From: Clostridia bacterium
GTDB lineage: Bacteria; Bacillota; Clostridia; Oscillospirales; QAKW01
Length of the DNA: 64,000 nucleotides
Direction: 5' to 3'
Assembly (NCBI GenBank): GCA_017436525.1
Contig: JAFSCX010000019.1
Span: 11,155-75,154 of the forward strand
A model generated the notes under the pieces. It was not told the DNA's origin and searched no databases. It saw only the letters and a program-made list of their open reading frames with translations. Shown piece after piece: positions 1-9,076 of this stretch (positions within the stretch are counted from its first letter, which is position 1; each line of letters starts with the position of its first letter). The position numbers and the translations under genes were made by a program.

Positions 1-558
1 GTGGAATTATTCCTCGATTGCAAAATCCATAAAAAAAGAATCGAAGCGGTTTTTCAATCCTTGCTTTCCCAAAAGGAAAATATCATTCTTACGGGGATGC
101 CGGGAAGTGGAAAATCCACGGTTGGAAAGCAATTGTCTAAAAAATTATGTAAACCATTTTTAGATACCGATCAGTTGATCCTCGAAGAAGAGGGGCAGAG
201 CCCTGCTCAACTGATCTGCTCTCTCGGTGAGGAAGCGTTTCGCGATATTGAGAGCCGAATCATCGAAGAGCGAGTGGCGCCTTTGACCGGTGCAATTATT
301 GCCACGGGCGGCGGCGCGGTCTTGCGGCGGAAAAATATAGACGCTTTGAAAAAGAATGGAAAGATCTTTTTTCTTGATCGTCCATTAGAGCAACTTTCCG
401 CTACCGCAGATCGCCCATTATCATCGGATCGCGAAAAGCTGAAGGCGCGCTTTGATGAGCGGTATGATCGCTATTGCGAGACAGCGGATATTCATATAAA
501 AAATAATACCTCTGCAAAGGTTTGTGCAGAGAAGATCATGAAGGTTTTGAAGAAATGA
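1..558 (+). CDS. aroK: Shikimate kinase; the 5' end may lie upstream of the window
   Basis: Walker A motif GMPGSGKST, about 170-aa kinase core, and aro operon context. The ORF is open from base 1, and the roughly 25-aa N-terminal extension suggests the true start is at or before the window edge. Confidence 0.85.
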   Translation: MELFLDCKIHKKRIEAVFQSLLSQKENIILTGMPGSGKSTVGKQLSKKLCKPFLDTDQLILEEEGQSPAQLICSLGEEAFRDIESRIIEERVAPLTGAIIATGGGAVLRRKNIDALKKNGKIFFLDRPLEQLSATADRPLSSDREKLKARFDERYDRYCETADIHIKNNTSAKVCAEKIMKVLKK

Positions 559-989
559 AAATTTTGGTAATCAACGGTCCTAATTTGAATATGCTGGGAA
601 TTCGCGAGCCGAATCTTTACGGCCGCGAGACCTATGAGACGCTTCTTGAAAAAATCAAAAATCATTGCGAAAAAAGCGGTGTTGAGGTCTCTTTTTATCA
701 ATCTAATCATGAGGGTGATCTTGTAGACGCCATTCAGGGAGCCTTGGGAAAAGTGGATGGAATTGTCATCAATCCGGGCGCCTATACCCATACCAGCATC
801 GCGATTTTAGATGCTGCCAAAGCGGTATCACTTCCCATGGTGGAGGTGCATATTTCGGATGTGAGCAAGCGGGAGGATTTTCGGCAGATCAGCTATATTC
901 GTGCGGCCTGCCGGAAGAGCATTGCAGGCCATGGCACCGATGGTTATTTAGAGGCAATTGATTTTTTAAGAGGTGAAAAATGCGAGTAA
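555..989 (+). CDS. aroQ: 3-dehydroquinate dehydratase, type II
   Basis: MKILVINGPNLNMLGIREP...YGxxT and HISD(V)xxRE motifs typical of type II DHQase. ATGA start/stop overlap with aroK. Confidence 0.9.
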   Translation: MKILVINGPNLNMLGIREPNLYGRETYETLLEKIKNHCEKSGVEVSFYQSNHEGDLVDAIQGALGKVDGIVINPGAYTHTSIAILDAAKAVSLPMVEVHISDVSKREDFRQISYIRAACRKSIAGHGTDGYLEAIDFLRGEKCE

Positions 990-2188
990 CGATTCAGCCC
1001 CGAAAAGGAAACGGAATCGTGGTTGCTCCGCCCTCTAAAAGCATGGCCCATCGCTATTTAATTGCGGCCGCTCTTGCAAAAGGGGAAAGCCGCATTGAAA
1101 ATCTATCCTATTCTCAGGATATTTTGGCGACTCTTGATTGCTTAGAATCCCTTGGCGTGGAGCCGGAGCGGGGCGTCGATTGGGTAGTAATCCGCGGCGG
1201 TGGCACCTTAGTTCCGCAAAAGAATTTAGCGTGCAGGGAAAGCGGCAGCACTTTGCGCTTCTTTTTGCCCCTTTGCTTGCTTCATGAAAAAGAGGCAATC
1301 TTAGAGGGAAGCGCTCGCTTGATGGAGCGCCCTTTAAGCGTATATCAGCAGCTTTGCAGGGAGCATGGCTTTGATTTTGAGCAAAGGGATTCCTTTGTTC
1401 GGGTGAGGGGTGCACTTTCGGCAGGAGATTATATTCTGCCCGGAAATATCAGCAGTCAATTTATTACCGGCATGATCTTTGCCCTTTTGAAGGTGAAAGG
1501 GGAGAGCCGTATATTACTAACCGGAAAGGTGGAGAGCGGCTCCTATATTGATTTGACTCTTGATGCCCTCCAGGCATTCGGCTTTTCTTTATGCCGCGCA
1601 GGGGAGCGGGAAATCAGAATCGATGGAAATGCAGAAGGAGAAGGGCGCTTCATCCAAGTGGAAGGTGATTATTCCAATGCTGCTTTCTTTGAGAGCCTTT
1701 CGCTTTTAGGCCATTCGGTAAAGGTGAAGGGCCTGAAAGAAGATTCTCTGCAGGGGGATCGCATCTATCGTGATTATTTTAAGCATTTAGAAAAAGGGCA
1801 GAGCACCCTCTCCTTGGCAGATTGCCCCGATCTCGGCCCGATCTTGATGGCGGTTGCTGCCGCGAAAAAAGGCGGTATTTTTACCGATACAGCGCGGCTG
1901 AAGATCAAAGAGAGCGATCGCGGTGCTGCCATGGCAGAGGAATTGAGGAAATTCGGGATCGAGGTTCTTTTGGAAGAAAATCGGATCATTGTCCCTCAAG
2001 GGGGAATCCATCCGCCTAAGGAGCCTTTGCAGGCTCATAATGATCATCGAATCGTCATGTCCCTTGCGGTGCTTTGTACCCTTACCGGCGGTGTGATTGA
2101 AGGGGCAGAGGCAGTGGCCAAAAGTATGCCGGATTTTTTTGAGCGGCTGGAGGCATTGGGAATTGAGGTAAAAAAAGATGAAGCTTAA
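980..2188 (+). CDS. aroA: 3-phosphoshikimate 1-carboxyvinyltransferase (EPSP synthase)
   Basis: PPSKSxxHR N-terminal motif, LGxxDCPDLGP and HNDHRIxM motifs, 402 aa. Overlaps the aroQ end. Confidence 0.9.
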   Translation: MRVTIQPRKGNGIVVAPPSKSMAHRYLIAAALAKGESRIENLSYSQDILATLDCLESLGVEPERGVDWVVIRGGGTLVPQKNLACRESGSTLRFFLPLCLLHEKEAILEGSARLMERPLSVYQQLCREHGFDFEQRDSFVRVRGALSAGDYILPGNISSQFITGMIFALLKVKGESRILLTGKVESGSYIDLTLDALQAFGFSLCRAGEREIRIDGNAEGEGRFIQVEGDYSNAAFFESLSLLGHSVKVKGLKEDSLQGDRIYRDYFKHLEKGQSTLSLADCPDLGPILMAVAAAKKGGIFTDTARLKIKESDRGAAMAEELRKFGIEVLLEENRIIVPQGGIHPPKEPLQAHNDHRIVMSLAVLCTLTGGVIEGAEAVAKSMPDFFERLEALGIEVKKDEA

Positions 2189-3038
2189 TAAGAATGCGGA
2201 TACAAGAATTTTGATTGTAGGCCTTGGCCTGATCGGCGGAAGCTATGCCAAGGCGCTGAAAAAGAAGGGCTATCATGTATCGGCTATTACGAAAGAACAA
2301 AAATCCATCGATTATGCCCTTGCAAATGATATCATTGATGAAGGAACTTCTGCTGTGGATGCAGGATTGATTCAGCAGGCGGATTTAATCGTATTTGCTT
2401 TATATCCCCGCATTTTTTTGCAATGGATTGAGGAAAATCAGCAGTATTTTCGCTCCGGTACGATATTGACCGACGTTACCGGCGTAAAAGGGAGTGTGGT
2501 ATATGAGATTCAATCCATCCTGCGGGAGGATGTGGAGTTTATTTCTGCCCATCCCATGGCAGGGAAAGAAGTCTACGGAGTTGAGAACAGCGACGATAAG
2601 ATTTTCGAAAATGCCAACTATATCGTGGTCCCCACCGAAAAGAATTCGCAAGAGGCCATTGATCTTTGCTTGGAGCTTGGCAGAGAGCTTGGTTTTCGCT
2701 CGGTCAGTACTTTAAGCCCCGAAAAGCATGATGAGATGATCGCCTATCTCTCTCAGCTTACCCATTGCATTGCAGTTACGCTGATGTGTTGCCATGATGG
2801 AGATCATCTGGAAGAATATACCGGCGATTCCTTCCGCGATTTGACGCGGATTGCCAAGATCAATGATGCCATGTGGAGCGAGCTTTTTGCCATGAATAAA
2901 GAAGCATTGCTGGCGCAGATGGATGTATTTTACGAAAAATTTGAAGAATTACGTGCCGCTTTGAGGGAAGATGATATGGATCATATGCGCAGCATGATGC
3001 GCCTTTCCACCGAGCGCAGAGGGCGTTTTGATAAATAG
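2178..3038 (+). CDS. tyrA: Prephenate dehydrogenase
   Basis: N-terminal Rossmann motif GLGLIGGS, SAHPMAG motif, aro operon context. Confidence 0.85.
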   Translation: MKLNKNADTRILIVGLGLIGGSYAKALKKKGYHVSAITKEQKSIDYALANDIIDEGTSAVDAGLIQQADLIVFALYPRIFLQWIEENQQYFRSGTILTDVTGVKGSVVYEIQSILREDVEFISAHPMAGKEVYGVENSDDKIFENANYIVVPTEKNSQEAIDLCLELGRELGFRSVSTLSPEKHDEMIAYLSQLTHCIAVTLMCCHDGDHLEEYTGDSFRDLTRIAKINDAMWSELFAMNKEALLAQMDVFYEKFEELRAALREDDMDHMRSMMRLSTERRGRFDK

Positions 3039-3056
3039 AATGGAGGTCCCTTAATC

Positions 3057-4091
3057 ATGATGAATATGGATTTTTTAAGAAAGCTGCCGATTCCCAAGGA
3101 GGTAAAGGCGCAATATCCCGTTACCGAGGAGATGGCGGCGGTAAAAGCGAAGCGAGATGAAGAAATCGCAAAGGTTTTCAAGGGCGAGAGCAATAAATTT
3201 CTTTTGATTATCGGCCCTTGCTCAGCCGATGACAGTAGGGCGGTTTTGGATTATATCGGCCGCTTGCGTCTCTTGGAAGATCGGGTAAAGGATAAAATTC
3301 TGATTATTCCCCGCATCTATACCAATAAGCCCCGTACCACCGGAGACGGCTATAAGGGAATGCTCCATCAGCCCAATCCCAATGAGCGTCCCGATATGCT
3401 CAAGGGCATTGTCGCCATTCGTGAGCTTCATATGCGGGCTCTTGCCGAATATCAGTTCAGCTGCGCCGATGAAATGCTTTATCCTGAGAATCATCGGTAT
3501 CTTTCTGATTTGCTTTCGTATGTTGCGGTGGGCGCAAGATCGGCTGAGGATCAGCAGCACCGCCTTACTGCCAGCGGGCTCTCCATTCCGGTGGGAATGA
3601 AAAATCCCACCGGCGGGGATCTCTCGGTCATGATGAATTCCATTACTGCAGGCCAACATTCTCATACCTTCCTTTATCGAGGCTGGGAGGTGGTCAGCCA
3701 AGGGAATCCTTTGACCCATGCAATTTTGCGGGGATATGTGGATAGCAGCGGGAAGAGCTGGCCGAATTATCATTACGAGGATCTTACAAAGCTGATCGGA
3801 TTATATGAAAAAAGCGGATTGGTCAATCCCGCAGTCATTGTAGATACCAATCATGCCAATTCCGGCAAACAATGCCTCCAGCAGATTCGCATTGCAAAGG
3901 ATATTCTCTATAGCTGCAAATGTAATGGAGACATTCGCAAGATCGTAAAGGGGCTGATGATCGAAAGCTATCTTGAGGACGGCGCTCAAGCGATCGGAGA
4001 GGCGCATACCTACGGAAAATCCATCACCGATCCATGCCTTGGCTGGGAGAAAACCGAGCGTCTGGTTCTGGAAATTGCGGAAAGCTTATAA
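3057..4091 (+). CDS. 3-deoxy-7-phosphoheptulonate (DAHP) synthase, class I
   Basis: IIGPCS and KPRTT(G)xxYKGM motifs, about 345 aa as in the AroF/G/H family. Last gene of the aro operon. Confidence 0.85.
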   Translation: MMNMDFLRKLPIPKEVKAQYPVTEEMAAVKAKRDEEIAKVFKGESNKFLLIIGPCSADDSRAVLDYIGRLRLLEDRVKDKILIIPRIYTNKPRTTGDGYKGMLHQPNPNERPDMLKGIVAIRELHMRALAEYQFSCADEMLYPENHRYLSDLLSYVAVGARSAEDQQHRLTASGLSIPVGMKNPTGGDLSVMMNSITAGQHSHTFLYRGWEVVSQGNPLTHAILRGYVDSSGKSWPNYHYEDLTKLIGLYEKSGLVNPAVIVDTNHANSGKQCLQQIRIAKDILYSCKCNGDIRKIVKGLMIESYLEDGAQAIGEAHTYGKSITDPCLGWEKTERLVLEIAESL

Positions 4092-4096
4092 AAAAT

Positions 4097-4130
4097 AAGG
4101 AGTACCATGATGGTACTCCTTTTCTTTTTT
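4097..4130. terminator. Bidirectional intrinsic terminator shared by the aro operon (+) and rnpB (-)
   Basis: Perfect hairpin GGAGTACCAT/ATGGTACTCC. An A-run lies on the left and a T-run on the right, so a U-tract follows the hairpin on both strands. Confidence 0.75.
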
Positions 4131-4155
4131 AGATGCCCGAGCATCGAAATGCATC

Positions 4156-4504
4156 GGGCCGGATCAAGCCTGTAAGCCGAGTTCTGTCGAGAACAGTCAT
4201 CTATCTGGATCCCCCGTTACCGGAGGCCTCAAGCCACGCTTTCAAGGCTGCATGCGGGCGGGTCTCCCTCGCCTTTATCGGTGTTGCATCGGATAGGGTT
4301 TACAGACCCTCTATGTCACCATAGAGGGTGGTGAGCTCTTACCTCGCCTTTCCACCCTTACCGGCAAATGCCGGCGGTATATTTCTGTTGCACTTTCCCT
4401 AAGGTTACCCTCGGTGGGCGTTACCCACTATCCTGACCCGAGATGCTCGGACTTTCCTCCGCTGCACCAAAGGGCAACGGCGACTGTTCAGCTTGGTCCG
4501 ATTG
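4156..4504 (-). ncRNA. rnpB: RNase P RNA (bacterial type A)
   Basis: The reverse complement contains GGAGGAAAGTCCGAGC, GGGAAAGTGCAACAGAAA, GGTAAGGGTGGAAAGGCGAGGTAAGAGCTCACC, CCAGATAGATGA and ACAGAACTCGGCTTACAG. P1 pairing is cggaccaagc (4491-4500) with gcttgatccg (4160-4169). Confidence 0.93.
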
Positions 4505-4506
4505 GT

Positions 4507-4535
4507 ATTGTAACACAGAATATAAAAAAATGCAA
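4507..4535 (-). promoter_or_regulatory. Sigma-A type promoter for rnpB
   Basis: On the minus strand: TTGCAT (4535-4530), 17-nt spacer, TACAAT (4512-4507), a few nt upstream of the P1 helix. Confidence 0.6.
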
Positions 4536-4542
4536 ATAGATG

Positions 4543-4571
4543 TTGCTAAATTAATTTAATAATTATATAAT
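4543..4571 (+). promoter_or_regulatory. Sigma-A type promoter for the murD operon
   Basis: TTGCTA (4543-4548), 17-nt spacer, TATAAT (4566-4571). Sits back to back with the rnpB promoter. Confidence 0.55.
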
Positions 4572-4622
4572 ATACAGTGTATGTGCAAAAATACGGCATC
4601 CTTTGAAGGAGGTTCTTGGAAG

Positions 4623-6005
4623 ATGAGCGACCATCTTGAGCGGTTCAAAAGAGATATGGCAGGGAAGACGGTAGGCGTTGTAGGAATCGGGGTATCCAAT
4701 ACGCCGATCATTACCATGCTGGCAGGCTTTGGTGTATCGGTGCGTGCTTTTGATAAGCGCCCCGTTGAGCAGCTTGGCGATCCGGGAAAATCCCTGATAG
4801 ATTTAGGGGTTGCGCTTTTCTGCGGCGAGGATTATATGGACCATCTTTCGGGCGATTTGATTATCAAGACGCCGGGGATGCGATTCGATCATCCCGCTTT
4901 AGAGCGTGCCCGCAAGCAGGGGAGCAGGATTACCAGCGAGATGGAGCTTTTCTTTGAATATTGCCCTTGCGAGATAATCGGCATCACCGGCAGCGACGGA
5001 AAGACGACGACGACAAGTCTGATCTATGAGATGCTTTCTCGCACCGATCGCAAGATCCATTTGGGCGGAAATATCGGCTATCCTCTTCTCTGCCGCTTGG
5101 GGGAGATCAAAGAGCAAGATCTGGTCGTGGCAGAGCTTTCCAGCTTTCAGCTGCATACCCTTCGAAAAAGCGCCCATGTAGGGCTGGTTACCAATCTTTC
5201 CCCTAATCATCTTGATATGCATAAGGGAATGGAAGAGTATGTAGAGGCGAAAACCAATCTTTTCCGCTTCCAAGATGAGAAGGATCTTTTGATTTTGAAT
5301 CATGATAATGCGATTACCGCCTCTTTTGAAAAGGAAGCGCGGGGCCGCCTCAGAGTCTTTTCCTTTAAGGGAGATCACGGAATGAGCGGGGCCTTCTATC
5401 AGGATGAGGCAATTTACCTGCGGGATGAGAGCGGAAAATGCCGAAAACTGATCGATCGTGCTCGCTTGAAGCTGCGGGGCAATCACAATGTGGAGAATTT
5501 CATGGCCGCCTGCCTTGCAGCGGCAGATTATTGCTCGGAAAATGAGATGATCGCTGTAGCAGAGCAATTCGGCGGTGTGCGCCATCGAATGGAATTTATC
5601 CGCGAGGTAAGGGGAGTCTGCTTCTATAATGATTCCATCGGCTCTTCTCCCACCCGCACCGTTGCAACCCTTATGAGCTTTGAAAAAAAGGTTCGCCTGA
5701 TTGCAGGCGGCTATGATAAAAAGATTCCCTTTGATCTTTTGGGAGAGGCTGTTCCCAATCATGTGGATAAGCTTTATCTTTGCGGCGTTACCGCTGAGAA
5801 GATCCGCCAAGCGGTGCTGGATCAGACACCCGATTTTCCCATAGAGCTTTTCTCGGATCTGAAATCTGCCATAGAGAAGGCCTATGAAGATTCTGCAGCG
5901 GGAGAGATTGTCTTGCTCTCGCCCGCTTGCGCCAGCTTTGATCAATTTAAGAACTTTGAAGAACGGGGCGATTTCTTTGTCTCGGTAGTAAAGGAATTGA
6001 AATGA
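4623..6005 (+). CDS. murD: UDP-N-acetylmuramoylalanine--D-glutamate ligase
   Basis: Mur ligase motif GITGSDGKTTT and MurD-like N-terminal Rossmann segment GVGVSN. Start chosen at ATG 4623, 8 nt after GAAGGAGG; the ORF track start at 4581 lacks an SD. Confidence 0.9.
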   Translation: MSDHLERFKRDMAGKTVGVVGIGVSNTPIITMLAGFGVSVRAFDKRPVEQLGDPGKSLIDLGVALFCGEDYMDHLSGDLIIKTPGMRFDHPALERARKQGSRITSEMELFFEYCPCEIIGITGSDGKTTTTSLIYEMLSRTDRKIHLGGNIGYPLLCRLGEIKEQDLVVAELSSFQLHTLRKSAHVGLVTNLSPNHLDMHKGMEEYVEAKTNLFRFQDEKDLLILNHDNAITASFEKEARGRLRVFSFKGDHGMSGAFYQDEAIYLRDESGKCRKLIDRARLKLRGNHNVENFMAACLAAADYCSENEMIAVAEQFGGVRHRMEFIREVRGVCFYNDSIGSSPTRTVATLMSFEKKVRLIAGGYDKKIPFDLLGEAVPNHVDKLYLCGVTAEKIRQAVLDQTPDFPIELFSDLKSAIEKAYEDSAAGEIVLLSPACASFDQFKNFEERGDFFVSVVKELK

Positions 6006-7036
6006 AAAATCTGCAAAATTATCTTTTCAAATTATGCGGCGAATGCTTGCCCTCCGGCTTTGAGCGGGAGGAAAAGAGCGTAGAAGCGCTTCTTGCTCCT
6101 TTGGTCGACGAGGTCCATAAAGATTCCTGCGGCAATATTATCGGCTGCCGCAAATCAGCCTTTGGCAATGCCAAAAAAATAATGCTGGATGCCCATCTGG
6201 ATGAGATCGGGCTGATGGTTACCAAAATTGATGATGCCGGTTTTATTCATTTTACCAATCTTGCCGGCTTTTCTCCCATTGCTCTGCCGGCTTCTTCCGT
6301 CATGGTAAAAGGAAAGCGCAATCTTTCAGGCGTTGTGGCAACCTTGCCGCCCCATCTGCTTTCTGCGGAAGAGCGGAAAAAGCCCATTGAGATGAAAAAA
6401 ATGGTCATTGATGTGGGGTATCCTGCAGAGACGGTGCGTGAGCTTATAAAGGTGGGCGATCCCATCATCCTGCGCCAAGGCTGCGCTGAGCTGCTGAATG
6501 ATCGCATTACCGGCAAGGCGCTGGATAATCGGGCGGGAGTTGCTGTCATTTTAGATATGCTTACCACCCTTCAAAAAATGCCCTTGGCGATGGATCTCTA
6601 TGTGGTCTTTTCCGCCGGGGAAGAATTCAGCGGCTTCGGTGCTTTGAATGCAGCCATGGAGATTGCTCCCGATGAGGCGGTGGTAATCGATGTAACCCAT
6701 GGTGAATCCGGCGGCACGCCCAGAGGAAAGGCTTTCCCTTTGGGTTGCGGCGCGGTAATCGGCGTAGCCCCCATTTTATCGGGCGCTGTAACCGATCGAT
6801 TGAAAGAGATGGCAAAGCAATATGTGATCCCCTATGAAATGGAGCCCATCAACGGCAGGACCGGCACCAATAGTGATCAGATCGCTACCAGCAGGTGCGG
6901 CGTTCCCACAGGGCTTGTCTCCATTCCCTTGCGATATATGCATAGCGGCTGTGAGGTGGCGGATCTTAAGGATCTTAAGGCGGTTTCCGATCTTCTGAGC
7001 CGTTATGTCAATCGAGGAGGTGCCCGTTATGAATAA
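6002..7036 (+). CDS. M42 family metallopeptidase (glutamyl aminopeptidase / CelM-like), paralog 1
   Basis: HxDEIG(L)MV, ALDNRAG and EE(F)xG motifs of M42/TET peptidases. ATGA overlap with the murD stop. Confidence 0.8.
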   Translation: MKNLQNYLFKLCGECLPSGFEREEKSVEALLAPLVDEVHKDSCGNIIGCRKSAFGNAKKIMLDAHLDEIGLMVTKIDDAGFIHFTNLAGFSPIALPASSVMVKGKRNLSGVVATLPPHLLSAEERKKPIEMKKMVIDVGYPAETVRELIKVGDPIILRQGCAELLNDRITGKALDNRAGVAVILDMLTTLQKMPLAMDLYVVFSAGEEFSGFGALNAAMEIAPDEAVVIDVTHGESGGTPRGKAFPLGCGAVIGVAPILSGAVTDRLKEMAKQYVIPYEMEPINGRTGTNSDQIATSRCGVPTGLVSIPLRYMHSGCEVADLKDLKAVSDLLSRYVNRGGARYE

Positions 7037-8042
7037 AGAGCTTAGTTATCTGACCTCTCTTTTCGGCGCCTCCGGCAGCGAGAGCGATGTGCGTCAGGCG
7101 ATTATCAGCGAGATTCGCCCCCATTGCGATTCCTTGGAGGTGGATCGGCTCGGAAATATCATTGCCTTCAAAAAAGGCATAGAGCCTGCGCCTTTTCCTG
7201 TAATGCTCTGCGCGCATATGGACGAGGTGGCGCTGATGGTTACCTCCATTGATAAGGATGGTTCTTTGGGCTTTGAGAGCGTGGGCGGAATCGATCCGCG
7301 CATCTTGCCGGGGACCCATGTGGTGATCGGCAAAAAGAAATATCATGGTGTGATCGGTGTCCTTGCTCCTCATTTTGTAAAGGATGGGGAAGAGAAGGTC
7401 CCCAAGATGAAGGATCTTTATATTGATATCGGTGCCAAGGATCAAGAGGATGCCGAGAATTATGTGGCAGTGGGCGATCTGATCGGCTTTGATACCGCTT
7501 ATCAGGAATTCGGAGAAGATCTGGTGCGTGCCAAGGCTCTTGATGATCGAGCAGGATGCTATATTCTGCTTAATATTATGAAAAAGCCCCTTCCTTTCGA
7601 CACTTATTTTGTCTTTTCTGTCATGGAAGAGATCGGATGCCTCGGCGCGCGGACTGCCGCTTTTGCAGTGCAGCCTCAATATGCGCTGATTATTGAAGGC
7701 ACCACCGCAGGCGATATTCATACCGAAACCGATCAGTCGGCGGTATGCCGCTTGGGGCGCGGGCCGGTGGTCTCTTTTATGGATAATAGCGCGATTTATG
7801 ATCGGGAGCTTTATCGCTTGGTTATGAAAACCGCGAAGGAAGAGAATATTCCCGTTCAGGCAAAAGAAGCGGTGGCAGGCGGTAATGAAAGCGGGACCGT
7901 GCAGCGTGCGCTCGGCGGCTGCCGTGTGATTGCCCTTTCGGTGCCGTGCCGCTATATTCATTCTCCTGTCAGTGTTGCAAATCTTAAGGATATTGCCCAT
8001 TGCGAAGAATTGGCTTATGCTTTATTGAAAAATTTATTGTAA
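7029..8042 (+). CDS. M42 family metallopeptidase, paralog 2
   Basis: AHMDEVALMV, ALDDRAG and MEEIG motifs. Start at ATG 7029 after AGGAGG; overlaps the end of paralog 1. Confidence 0.8.
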   Translation: MNKELSYLTSLFGASGSESDVRQAIISEIRPHCDSLEVDRLGNIIAFKKGIEPAPFPVMLCAHMDEVALMVTSIDKDGSLGFESVGGIDPRILPGTHVVIGKKKYHGVIGVLAPHFVKDGEEKVPKMKDLYIDIGAKDQEDAENYVAVGDLIGFDTAYQEFGEDLVRAKALDDRAGCYILLNIMKKPLPFDTYFVFSVMEEIGCLGARTAAFAVQPQYALIIEGTTAGDIHTETDQSAVCRLGRGPVVSFMDNSAIYDRELYRLVMKTAKEENIPVQAKEAVAGGNESGTVQRALGGCRVIALSVPCRYIHSPVSVANLKDIAHCEELAYALLKNLL

Positions 8043-8043
8043 G

Positions 8044-9015
8044 GTGGCAAAAATGATTAATCAATTAAAAGAATTGGTAAGCAAAAAAAGTGTTTCCGGA
8101 AATGAGCGGGTTGTCGCATCTTATATCAAGGAGCAGATCCTGCCCTATGCCGATAAGGTCTATGAAGATGCTTTGGGCAATCTGATTGCGGTCCGCCGCG
8201 GGGAAGGGCCGAAGGTTATGGTCATGGCCCATATGGATGAGATCGGGCTTGTGGCCACCTTTGCAGACGATAAGGGCTTTATTCGCGTCTCTGCAGTAGG
8301 AGGCGTTCACCCGCAAAAGACGGCCGGCCGCCCCGTTATTTTTGAAAACGGTGTTATGGGCGTGTTTGTGGCGGGCAAAGAGCAGAAAATGAGCGATTGC
8401 TATATCGATATCGGCGCTAAGGATCAGCGGGATGCGCTTTCTCGGATCGAGATCGGAATGACGGCCTCCTTTGTAACCGAAACCTTTGAGACCGGTGAAA
8501 AAATCGTCTCCGGTGCGCTGGATAATCGGATCGGCTGCTTCTGCTTGATAGAAGCTTTGAAGCGGCTTAAGAATTGCAGCTGTGAATTTTATGCGGTCTT
8601 TACGGTGCAGGAAGAGGTAGGGCTGCGCGGTGCAAAGGTCAGCGGATTTGAAATTGCGCCGGAGGTTGCCCTTGCAGTGGATGTTACCTTGAGCGGCGAT
8701 CATCCGGAAGGGGCCGATACCTCTGCATCCTTGGGAAAAGGCTGTGCCATTAAAATGCGGGATCGCTCTGCGATCTGCAGTAGGGAAGTGGTAGAGGATC
8801 TGGAGAATCTTGCGGCCCGAAAGGGAATTCCCATTCAGCGGGATGTGCTCTCCTCCGGCGGGACCGATATCGGCAGTGTTCAGCTGCTTGGTAAAGGCGT
8901 GCAGGTAGGAGGGCTCAGCATCCCCATCCGCTATTGCCATTCCGCTATCGAGATGGCAGATCGTAAGGATGTGGAGGCGACCATCGCTCTGCTGCTTGCT
9001 TATTTGGAAAAATAA
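8044..9015 (+). CDS. M42 family metallopeptidase, paralog 3
   Basis: AHMDEIGLV, ALDNRIG and QEEVGLRG motifs. Start is GTG 8044 or ATG 8053. Confidence 0.8.
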   Translation: MAKMINQLKELVSKKSVSGNERVVASYIKEQILPYADKVYEDALGNLIAVRRGEGPKVMVMAHMDEIGLVATFADDKGFIRVSAVGGVHPQKTAGRPVIFENGVMGVFVAGKEQKMSDCYIDIGAKDQRDALSRIEIGMTASFVTETFETGEKIVSGALDNRIGCFCLIEALKRLKNCSCEFYAVFTVQEEVGLRGAKVSGFEIAPEVALAVDVTLSGDHPEGADTSASLGKGCAIKMRDRSAICSREVVEDLENLAARKGIPIQRDVLSSGGTDIGSVQLLGKGVQVGGLSIPIRYCHSAIEMADRKDVEATIALLLAYLEK

Positions 9016-9016
9016 G

Positions 9017-9045
9017 TTGCTATTTAATAGTATTTTTGTTATAAT
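9017..9045 (+). promoter_or_regulatory. Sigma-A type promoter upstream of smc
   Basis: TTGCTA (9017-9022), 17-nt spacer, TATAAT (9040-9045). Confidence 0.5.
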
Positions 9046-9076
9046 ATAGTTTAACATTTGTGAAGGAAGTGTTCGT

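Noticed and set aside
4133-4324. 63-aa plus-strand ORF
   Set aside because: It lies entirely inside the RNase P RNA gene on the opposite strand. It has no SD and a Pro/Arg/Ser-rich composition typical of a non-coding frame.
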